From contig CDROCS010000407.1 of the NCBI GenBank assembly GCA_977020255.1, positions 310,001 to 374,000 on the forward strand: DNA of 64,000 nucleotides. The letters are read 5' to 3'. Within the stretch, counting starts at the first letter, position 1. The number at the start of each line of letters is the position of its first letter. Below are positions 1 to 9,955 of this stretch, in pieces. Below the pieces are notes generated by a model that worked only from the letters and a program-made list of their open reading frames with translations, searched no databases and had not been told where the DNA came from. The translations under genes and the position numbers were made by a program. Source of the stretch: Obrimoposthia wandeli (lineage: Eukaryota).

Positions 1-384
1 TGTGCTGCGACATGGGAGATAAGAGACATATTAGTCTGTGAGGGGAGATCCTTGCAGCAGCAGAGTGGGTAGTGTTGGTAGAGAAGACACAGGGTGAAAC
101 AGCATTGGGACAGGGAAACTCGATAAACTGGTATTGGCAGGGACAGTCGTTGTCGCTCTCCACCGGCTAGGGGAATCGAAGTGATAAATCCCGGCTCTGC
201 ACATACACACACGTGCAGGCGGGTTTTTTTTGCCTCCTGTTCTGTACGACGATTCACTGGCCGAGATTGGGCAGACAGGAAACTGCTACTGTTGTGCTGG
301 CCGAGAACACTGGAATTGGATTTTTCACACTGGGCCAGGAACGCCTCGACGCCCATCAAAGTGCATCCAGATGCACTGTCTGCG
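1..384 (-). other. GC-rich segment with a stop-free minus-strand frame (~127 codons); exon or retroelement fragment, unidentified
   Basis: Frame ADSASGCTLMGVEAFLAQCEK...CCCKDLPSQTNMSLISHVAA runs from the gap to the window edge. No family recognised. Confidence 0.2.
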
Positions 385-522
385 NNNNNNNNNNNNNNNN
401 NNNNNNNNNNNNNNNNNNNNNNNNNNNNNNNNNNNNNNNNNNNNNNNNNNNNNNNNNNNNNNNNNNNNNNNNNNNNNNNNNNNNNNNNNNNNNNNNNNNN
501 NNNNNNNNNNNNNNNNNNNNNN
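385..522. other. Assembly gap (N run)
   Basis: 138 consecutive N; ORF-track entries spanning it are artefacts. Confidence 0.99.
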
Positions 523-620
523 TGACGATGTAGGAAGACTGAGAAGATAGGCCGCTGCTACTGGTCGGTAATTTTCAGTGGTAAAAATACTTGAGATAAA
601 AATCTCTTTTTCCATCTACT

Positions 621-693
621 TTTTCGCCGCCTTCCTGACGAGCCTGGCAAGGCGAAACGGGACGTCCACCCCGTCGGAGGCTGACAAGGAAAA
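621..693 (+). ncRNA. Type I hammerhead ribozyme (Penelope-like/retrozyme type)
   Basis: Stem I GCCTTC 629-634/GGAGGC 676-681; core CTGACGA 635-641; stem II GCC/GGC with loop TGGCAA; GAAA 654-657; stem III ACGGG/CCCGT; GTC cleavage triplet 673-675; distal TTTTC 621-625/GAAAA 689-693. Confidence 0.88.
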
Positions 694-799
694 CCTCCCT
701 GACTGTGGGCACTTCAGTTAATGTCAATTTTAATTGACCAAAAATTCATTAATTTTTATTAATTTTAATTAATTAATCCATTAAATAAATTATTTAACC

Positions 800-2972
800 C
801 AACAGAAGTACAAAAAGCATTAGAGGAATAAAAACAAAAGTTGATTCAAGCACCAACTTTAGCTTTTCCTAACATAAAAAAACAATTTATACTGATTACT
901 GACGCTAGTAACTATGATTTAGAAGCCGTACTAGGTCAAAAAGAAGAGGAATGAAAAGAGCATGTGATTGCATACATAAGCAGAGACTTAAACAAACCAG
1001 AAATGGGATATTCTACACTTGAGAAAGAATGTCTAGCGATCGTATATTCGACAAGAATATTAAGACATTATCTTTTAGGGAAAATAATAATTCTATACAC
1101 AGATCATAAATCGGTCCAATACTGATACAAACACAGATACGAATTGAGTAAATTGAACAGATGGTTTATAAAGATAGCAGAATTCGACATTGAAATTTTT
1201 CATAGAGTAGGTAAAGCTAACAGAAACGCCAATTGTTTGTAGAGAACGTAGATAAAAAGGAAATGTTATGAAAGTGGAATTACCAATTTTCAAAAATTGC
1301 AGATGACGAATTTAATCCTACGACGTGGACCACCCTAAATTACTTCCTGTAATGTTTCACACATTGAGCAGTGAAATAAACAAAAATAACCAAAAGTCCT
1401 ACAGTGTATGCAAACATTCAAGACATCCCGAACCGACTCAAATATGGCAGTAACCCAGAAAGAAGAGTTACACTCTTATCACTAATCGATCACCTACCTA
1501 AACCTTCTTTTGTCAAATCTTGTACCCGTGTTATTCACAATAGGTGTCACCACAGGAACAGTCAAATAGGTGTCACCACAGGAACAGTCAAATACACCAT
1601 CGATGTAGGCAAAGATAGAACATCTCAACACATTATAAGAGATAAGTTGCAAGAACGAGAAGTTAAACGATACACCCAAAAATATCTCATAAAAGTCAAC
1701 CTAATAGCAACTAGCCCAATAGCTCATGTATTCGTTGAACAACCCATATCAGTAAACGAATATCTTTTATGTATACCTATAGAACCTTGGTACCACCTAC
1801 TAGCAACCTTTTCATTAGCAGATAAATAATGTCTTAGAACGAATGATACACCTGAAGTTCTCAAACACAAAGCGATAACAATTGCATATTGTAATATGTA
1901 CAATAAAGAGAACAACGCGCACACAGTCTAAATCACAGTATGTGATTTTGAGCAAAGAATCTCTACCACTATCATTCACACCCCACGTACATACATAACA
2001 AACTGTAATACAACCCAACATGGACTAGCAAAACCTGATCTACTAGGAAGAACATATCAAAGAGATGTGGGTAACCAACTGTTGTCCATGATCAACTGCA
2101 AACTGATAATTGGCAGTGATCTACATACACTGCTAGTATATTTCCATATACCTTTCACATTGCTCATAAGAATCCAAAACCTTACGCAAAACGCCTCCAT
2201 CACTAGACCAGGGGAGAACCCTAAACTTTGTAAAAAGAGGTTGTTATCAAATGGATCCACATAAAACCTTAATCATATCACAAACGCTATGATGATGCAG
2301 ATTGACGTATGAGAGCATTTCGAATACACCACGATAATTGAAAATATGACGCCAAGCCATAGATATGAACAATCTCATCCGATCAAACACCAACATAGGA
2401 AACACCCCACAAACTCTAAAGCGCAAGAATCCCAGTACAACTCATGAAAAATATACGGAAAAGGTCATACCTAAAATTTACTTGAATTCTCCTACCATAC
2501 TCTAGGAAACTAGGAGAATCCTTCGCACCATCTCAAATTTATAGAAGAAGGTTAATAACGACTGAAATACCTTGTGGAACGTCCATTTTGTCACATCTAC
2601 TACCACCATCTGCCGTACCGGCACTACCAACTCGAGGTTACATCACCCGGTCACTGGAGGACATCGAAGCTGCAGGACATCGAGATAAACATTGATCTTG
2701 ATGATCTAGACATTGAGCCAGACATAATCTTACTGGACTAAAAATATTGTAACATTGACACAGGCACTATATGCCAAATCTTGACATATATCTTTCACCG
2801 TATATATCTATATATTTTACCTATCTGTGAATATGTATCTTACCTGATCTATCCTACGATGATTGTGCACCTATATACTTATGTATCACATTTTATATCT
2901 GTCCAACGAGTGTCTGAAAATCATAAAAACCTATTTAATTTTCGGGATGAAAATCTTTGAAAACCTCGCGAA
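800..2972 (+). mobile_element. Decayed Ty3/Gypsy internal region: RNase H remnant (~800-1250), integrase absent, then env-like ORF remnant
   Basis: KLIQAPTLAFPNIKKQFILITDASNYDLEAVLGQ...YSTLEKECLAIVY...YTDHK...AEFDIEIFHRVGKAN with stops; abuts a TG-start LTR at 2973. Confidence 0.85.
1480..2740 (+). pseudogene. Env-like third ORF remnant of the Gypsy element
   Basis: Hydrophobic leader YLNLLLSNLVPVLFTIGVTTG, frameshifted by a perfect 26-bp tandem duplication (1539-1590); scattered Cys; sequons NTT, NLT, NAS, NGS; hydrophobic LLVYFHIPFTLLI; lies between RNase H and the 3' LTR. Confidence 0.45.
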
Positions 2973-3307
2973 TGTTGAGGTCCAGAATCGGATGAATTAA
3001 ATCATAAAACATAAAATTAAAATGTCTTTATTTATAGTCCTGGTGAAGTACATTTCGTAACCCTGAATATTAAATTAAAATAAAAAATAATAAAAAGGCG
3101 ACAAAATAATGAAATTACTTATTTCCAAGAAATCATGGAAATTAATCAATCTCATGTGACTGTTGATTCAACAGTATAAATACAAGTCACATGAGACACC
3201 ACAAAAGTGGATTTTAGCAGACACAGAATTTTATTCGAAATTTTAGCTATCTGTAAACGGACAGTTATTATTGCCAAACATAAACTTCAGGGTAAAATCA
3301 TAACAAG

Positions 3308-4128
3308 TGTTGGGAATGATAAAATGAATTTTTAGGGTGGTCGTTTGTGAGGGTGCTGTTGGTCTTTCTGTTTTAATCTATGTTGTTCGTTTTTTGATAA
3401 GAAAAATGTGAAGTTTTGTGTTTTTTTGGGTTTTAGAGTTTTTTTTTCATAGAAGTTCTTTTTTATTTGTTATTAGTGCTTTTGGAGTTCATTTTTTAGC
3501 TAGTAATAAATATTTTTCTTTATTTTCTTTAAAGACTGCTAATAAATCCCAAGATAATTTTTTCTTTTCTCTTTTTATATTGCTATTTGTTTATTTTAAA
3601 AAAAAAAGATTTTCTTTAAAATTCCAAGAAATTTTATATATATATATATTTTTTTTTCTTTTCTCTTTTTATATTGCTATCATCATCATTCCTTTACAAT
3701 CTCGCTCCATGTTTCCTTGTCTGACTGCCACTCTCTCATCATATCTCTTGCCTCATCTCAACAGGAGACACCCAGCCAACAGCAGCAACCACAGCAGCGA
3801 CCACAACAGCGACCACAGCAGCGACCACTGCCACCATTACTTTTATTTATCTTCACTGATGGCCAGCAGTTGATCTCACATCCTACCAGCAAGCCGATGC
3901 AGACTCCTATTTGACTTATCTCTTTCCTACACACACTCTAAATTGAGACAGTAGTTTTGTTTTTGTGCAATTTTTTAAAATTATACAATTTTCTCTGACA
4001 AAAACTCACAATTTTGATTATTTAGAATAACTTCTCACAAAATGCATTTGGAACAGTTTCCCAATTAACAATTTATTGAGTTGCATTTGTTGGATTACCC
4101 TTTTCACAAATATTGTGAAATATTAACA
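3308..4128. mobile_element. Solo LTR (821 bp) nested in the Gypsy LTR
   Basis: TGTT...AACA termini; CAAG TSD at 3304-3307 and 4129-4132; absent from the homologous LTR at 31.2-32.4 kb. Confidence 0.85.
3782..3830. repeat. 12-bp minisatellite (CAGCGACCACAG-like, ~4 copies)
   Basis: Directly visible inside the solo LTR. Confidence 0.85.
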
Positions 4129-5187
4129 CAAGCCTGAACCAGGTCCAAACCTTCTATAACTTATATCCCTCTCGTTCCAAGAATAAAACCAGCCCGTAAC
4201 GGCATTAAACTCATTTGCATCTAACAGATCGGGAATTGTTTTGGACATACTTCAACCAACATTGTTTAACGTTTTTCGTTGTGAATTGTATTTTGTGCTA
4301 AAGGTTTTTTTTATAATTTGAGTACCGTTTATATTTGTTATCGTAATAAAAATATTATTTGATTAAGGATTGTTTAGAGAATAGCCCTACGCCTTTAGCT
4401 GAAAAACATACATTTTTAGAAGCCATCGAATCACTGATTAAGCGAATATTTGAAATTAGAATGGAGGCATAAAAACATATACCTTCAGATAATTTTTGAG
4501 ACTCAACACGTCCATTTAAGTTCTATCACTCTAAAGAACTCACGCACCATAGGCTTCCTTAAGAAGTATTTTAACTCTGTTCCAAACACATTAATAAGCC
4601 GACATTTGAATTTATTAATGTTGAAATGTCAACACTGTAAAAGTAAGTCATTTTAGGAATTGAAAAACTCATTGACTTTCCCTTCTCACGCACTGAGCTT
4701 ACAGAATTTAAACATGGCGGCAAATTTTTATCTTGGTCACCGAGGCATTCCAAAATTTGGTCTAAATATACACATAATTAAGACATAAATATATTCAGGA
4801 AAGTATTAGTTTTTCAAGATTTTGAAATTTTTTATTTATAGAAATGTCACATTGTACATTTAATCTACTAGACAACTTGAGGTATTTTTATTATCCCAAA
4901 GTTTTTGACAAATAAGCTAAATTTTAAAATATAAATTCTTAGGAAAATGTTGATGGTCTTGAAAAACGAATGCCAGAAAGATGACAAGTGATTCAAAGTT
5001 GTAAAGTTAGCAAATTATAACACAACCAAAGCATTTATAAGATTTTCTTACAATGCGATTATGTGAAATTTTTACTAAATGTAATTATTTTTTGCTTTTC
5101 TTATTGACAAGAGCTTAAGTTGAAGCCTCTGTAATTAGTAATTAATTTTAATAAATGCAAATTTAAAAAATATTGACTGTTCATAAA

Positions 5188-5682
5188 TTAATTCCGACCG
5201 AGAGTACGTTCACGTAACTTGACACACCTCGATTCGTGAAGCTTCATCACTTTCACTGTGTATAAACTATGACAAATTCGGCAGCTTGTCAACTCACTCA
5301 CAGTTATACTTGACAAAATTGAACTTGAGTTTCCTTTCTCCATAATCGGAAGATTGATATCATTGAACATTGTAAATTTTTCACGGTAAAGCTCACTTTG
5401 AGGGCTGCTGGCAATCATGAAATCTGATGGCATTTTGCAGAATTCCAGGTGGTTAGCAAACTTCCTGGTCGGTATTGTCGCCCTACAATGGTTGCAGATA
5501 ACTAACTGTCGACTTGTAAGCATCGTGGCGTCTTTATGTTGCGGGTTGTTTCTTGTCTGACTATTCTCCAATACATCGACATCACTGATAATACTGTGGT
5601 CGTTTCGTTTCAGAATCTGCAATGCTATGTAGTCTCTTCGGTTTGTGAATTTAGCTGTGAATTTGTTATTGACTGTTGCCAT
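5188..5682 (-). CDS. Intronless 164-aa protein with two C-x2-C-x11-H-x3-C zinc fingers (UBZ4/Sgf11/TRAF-type spacing)
   Basis: First ATG at 5682 (ORF-track start 5724 is TTG); fingers CNHCRATIPTRKFANHLEFC and CRICHSLYTVKVMKLHESRC; intact frame in AT-rich DNA. Confidence 0.7.
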   Translation of the reverse strand: MATVNNKFTAKFTNRRDYIALQILKRNDHSIISDVDVLENSQTRNNPQHKDATMLTSRQLVICNHCRATIPTRKFANHLEFCKMPSDFMIASSPQSELYREKFTMFNDINLPIMEKGNSSSILSSITVSELTSCRICHSLYTVKVMKLHESRCVKLRERTLGRN

Positions 5683-5835
5683 CGACTGGCGTAATAATGA
5701 TGTTTCAATGAAATTGCAATTCAAATTAATTAGTCTACACTACTCGAATGTAGAGATTTACTATTGTATTTATCCACAGATTAAACACAGTGAAACAACT
5801 TTTTGTTCCCTCCAAATTAAACTTTATGAAAATAA

Positions 5836-5900
5836 TGTTAAGATTCAGAATCGGACAAATTAAAGAACAAAATTAAATAAAAGTTCTGGCCAAGTTTATG
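5836..5900 (+). repeat. 5' fragment of the same Gypsy LTR family
   Basis: TGTTAAGATTCAGAATCGGACAAATTAAA resembles the LTR starts at 2973 and 31198. Confidence 0.5.
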
Positions 5901-6219
5901 CAGGTATTTATTAATATTTTCCAAACAAAATGACACTGAATATCTGCATTTAATGATTAATAAAACTGTTAGAATATGAAAATAGGAGATTAAAATTCGT
6001 TATTTATAGCAAATGAAATAACCTTAGAATTAGAATTGAATAATAAATTAAATAGGAAATTATAAATGAAATGTAAAAAAATTGTGAAAATATTATGAAC
6101 TTCAAAGGCCTAGAGAATGTCTAGAAAAGATGAAAAGTGTGAAAAGAAAGGACCCAGAAAATAACTAAATATCATGCAAACAAAGTTTAAGAAAGGCCAA
6201 TTACATTAAATTAAATAAC

Positions 6220-9200
6220 TGTAGTCAGACCGAAATTCGTCCCAACGTCTCAGACCGCAAAGAGTAGAGTTGAGATGTAGCGTATTCTGTCGGGAATTGG
6301 TGACGCCCATTTGATCAAGGGATCACCACCCCTTCTATTAAATACGTTTTTGGGAAATGGTGGCGCCCAAGTGTAAAAAGGCTACCACCCTTTCTAACCC
6401 ATAAATTCAATTCAAAAATAGCCTTATTAAATAATTTTAAATTTCTAGTTATTACTATAAAAAATTTGAAAAAATATTTTTTATCCGTTTTTTGATCAAC
6501 AGAGGTTTTTTAGGGATATATAACAAATTTTTAAACATTAGCAGATATACGTTATTTAGAGAATGTCGACGGATTAGGTCCTCAGGGTTTAATAAAATAA
6601 AGACGGCTGAAGACTGTTTTGTGCTCGGTCCTAAAGAAAAATAAGATCAATTCAAAATATATTCAAATATTTATTAAAACCTTGACCAGAAGGTAGTAAA
6701 GATTCTCTAAAAGATGGGACTAGCAAAAAACGGAAGATCTGCGAGAAGCAGAGGAAGTATGTCAAGAAATGAACAAAATAAACGTAGAGTAAAGAACAAG
6801 GTCGAAGATAGGGTAACGGAGATTCGACAAAATTTTATTTAATAATAAATATTGTGAACCAATAAGAAATGCATTCCTGAGCAATGCAACAACAGTAAAC
6901 CCAGCTATGGAAAAGAACGAAATGGGAGTCGAAGTATGGAAAAAGTGTAATAATTATGGAGAGTCACACTACACAGATTAGTGTCAAAAGTTAAGAAGAA
7001 TGACGTTAGAAGACAGATGGAATGTAGTAAAAGAAAAGAAGCTGTGTAGCAATTGTTTGAAACCCGGTCACTGGGGGAAGGATTGTAGAATAGAAAAGCT
7101 GTGTAAAACAAATGGGTGTACGATGAAGCACCATTGGCTATTACATAGAACAAGAGAAGATACTAAAATTAACAAAATCCACAATAATACGTTTACACAT
7201 GTGGGTAGTAGAATGAATTCAACAGTGACATTAAGAAAAATGGACACCGAGAAATTAAGATAAATGTATTATTGGATGATGCAAGCACCGTTAGCTACAT
7301 CGGTCAGGCAGTAAGTTTTAGGCTTAAAAGGAGTGAAGAATGTTACTTCAATTGGAGTGATTGGTGGAAGAACAAAAGATTTAGAAAGTAGATTAGTGAC
7401 TTTCCAGATACAAAATTTGAGTGGATCCTTTCGACGGAATGTAGAAGCATTGGCAATAAAAGAAGTCACTGGAGATTTACGAGTAGTAATTTGAAATGAG
7501 GAAGGAAATAATTGAAAGCATTTACAAAATATTCGCTTTCAATCTACGAATAATGGGAGAGCAGTAGAGATGCTGATCGGTGCAGATTGGATAAAGATGC
7601 ATAAATGTTTAGAAGGGAGGGTTTAAGAATCTGATTGCACGAAGGACACCATTAGGGTGGACATATGTAGGAAAGGCTAATTCAGGAAAAAATATAACAA
7701 CCAAACAAATTTCATTAGAAGTTATTTTAGTAATACCGAGTTAGATGACAAACTACGTCGATTTTGGGAAATAGAACATCAAACCGAAGAATGTAATACA
7801 ATGACGAAATATGAAAAAAGAATGTATGAAAGTAGTGCTAAGGCGATGGTAATGGAAGAATGAAGATTTACAGTGAAAATTCCATGGCAAGAAGGGGTTA
7901 TGGAACTTGAAGTTAATAAACAAATGGCGATAAAGAGATTTCAAAGTTTACACAATCAATTGAACAAAGATCCGGTTTTAACTAAGGAGTATGCAAAAAT
8001 AATTGAGGAACAGAAGGGAAAAGATTATACACATGAGGTAAAACCAGAAGAAAATAAAAATAATAAGTGGTACTTACCACATTTCAGAGTACTAAAATGG
8101 GATCGAAACACTACAAAGGTGAGAATCGTGTTCGATGCAGCGGCAATGAATAATGGGAAGAGTATTAATGATTACATAAACTGTGGTCCTAAGTTGCAGG
8201 GAAATTTGATGGAGAATCTGTTGAAATTTCGTAAGAGTAAAATAGCTTTTGTCTGTAACATTACTGATTTTTGCAAGTGAAAGTCGACAAGGCTGACCGT
8301 AAATGGTTAAGATTTTTATGGAGTAACGATAAAGGAGAAATAACCACATTTGAATACGAACGAGTGGTATTTGGATTAAATGCCTCACCGTTCTTAGCAC
8401 AAATGGTGACTAGAGAAAATGCAGAAAGGTTTCTGATAAATTATCCATCTAGTGCAAAGCTAATCTTGGAAAATACATATATGGATGACATGTTGTGTTC
8501 GATGGATACAGAAGAAGAAGCAACCAAGACCATTGAGGAATTAAAAGAAATATGGCAAGGGGCGAAGATGGAAGCGAAAAAATGGATCAATAGTAGTGAA
8601 AAAGTGAATCAGTTAATCCCCACAGCAAAAATACTTCAGATTGAAGATGGAATACGAATAGTAAAGACGTTAGGTATACGATGGAATTCAAGTGAAAACT
8701 ACTTTACTTGTCAAAATGATATAAAATACGGATCTGAAATAACCAAGAGGGAGTTTCTTAGTATTTTATCAACTGTTTTCGATCCATTAGGATTTGTCGG
8801 TCCATTCATAATAAGAGCAAAGATGCTAATGCAGAAGATATGGTTGGAAGGAATAGAATGGGACCAAAAAATAGGAGGAGATTTGAAAAACGAAGTTATG
8901 GATTGGCTTATGCAATGTGAAGAGTCGCGGAAAGTTCAAATAACTAGATGGATAAAATAGCAAAAAATATGGAAATGGAAATTCATGTTTTTGTAGATGC
9001 ATTCATAAAAGCTTTCGGTACAGTTGCATATGTAAGGACAAAGGAAGCTGAAAAGGTGGGAGTAATATTAATTTCTGCAAAAAAAGGAGTAAATTTGGCT
9101 AAAGTAGTAGCGAGATCATGGAATGAAAATGTTAAAGTTATACAATTTTGATCGGATAGCGAAGATGTATTATGGTGTATCAAACAGCAAGGGAGACAAT

Positions 9201-9955
9201 ATAAGCCATTCGTCACAAATAGAGTGGGGAAAATACAGGAAGAGACAGATATGCGTCAATGGAGATATGTGCCAACGAAGGAAAATCCAGCCAATATGTT
9301 ATCACGACGAATGAGTGCAAATGAATGTGCGTCTACAATTAAGTGGTGGGAAGGACCAGAGTATTTAAAGTCTGAACCTACAAGTTGGCCAATAAATAAG
9401 AAGTTTGAGAAGAAGGAAGATGCGAATTGAACATTAAGTTGTTTGTCAACCAAGTAACACAAAAGAGATTAGAAATCGAAAGATATTCGAATTTAAGGAA
9501 ATTAAGAAAGATGAGAGCTTGGATGGAGAAATGGATAGAATGCGATAGAATGCGATGGGAAAATTGATCATTGATCATCAACGGAGATGTTTTATGAAAG
9601 AAAGACAGGATCTAGTGAACAAGAAAGAGACTCTACGATGTAGTACAATATTAAAATTAAAACCGTATTTGGATGAACGAGGTGTATTAAGATCGAGTTC
9701 TAGATTAGTAAATGCAGAGTTTTAAAGCTACGATCAGAAGTTTCCGATAATAATTGATGGAGAAGGATGGTTGGCGAAGTTAATCGTTAGAAACCTGCAT
9801 GATAGAAATTATCAACATTTATTGAACCAACTACAGAAGAATTTCTGGATAATAAAAGCACGACAATTATTAAGAAAAGTCGAAACCGAATGTATAATAT
9901 GTAAAAGAGTTAAGGCTCAAAGCATGCAACAAATGATGGCTCCGCTACCCATCTG
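6220..9955 (+). mobile_element. Decayed BEL/Pao LTR retrotransposon (possible 5' LTR ~6220-6660; gag, protease, RT, RNase H, integrase N-terminus)
   Basis: Gag CSNCLKPGHWGKDC...CKTNGCTMKHHWLLH; protease LLDDASTVSYI; RT WYLPHFRV...RIVFDAAA and YMDD; TKREFLSILSTVFDPLG; RNase H IHVFVDA; IN FWIIKAR...CIICKR...MAPLP; many stops and frameshifts. Confidence 0.92.

Larger units (their letters stand above)
2973..4588 (+). repeat. Gypsy 3' LTR interrupted by a nested solo LTR
   Basis: Starts TGTTGAGGTCCAGA, ends TCTGTTCCAAACA (imperfect terminal IR); colinear with 31198-32403. Confidence 0.8.

Noticed and set aside
3781-3830. Short repeats as a CRISPR array (also 10093-10221)
   Set aside because: No unique spacers or only two copies; eukaryotic context; no cas genes.
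3418-3914. ORF-track ORFs of 151 and 65 aa
   Set aside because: Low-complexity readings of a T-rich solo LTR and its minisatellite.
6607-6640. CTGAAGA as a second hammerhead core
   Set aside because: No stem II-GAAA-stem III arrangement; other CTGANGA hits I noticed on both strands also failed.
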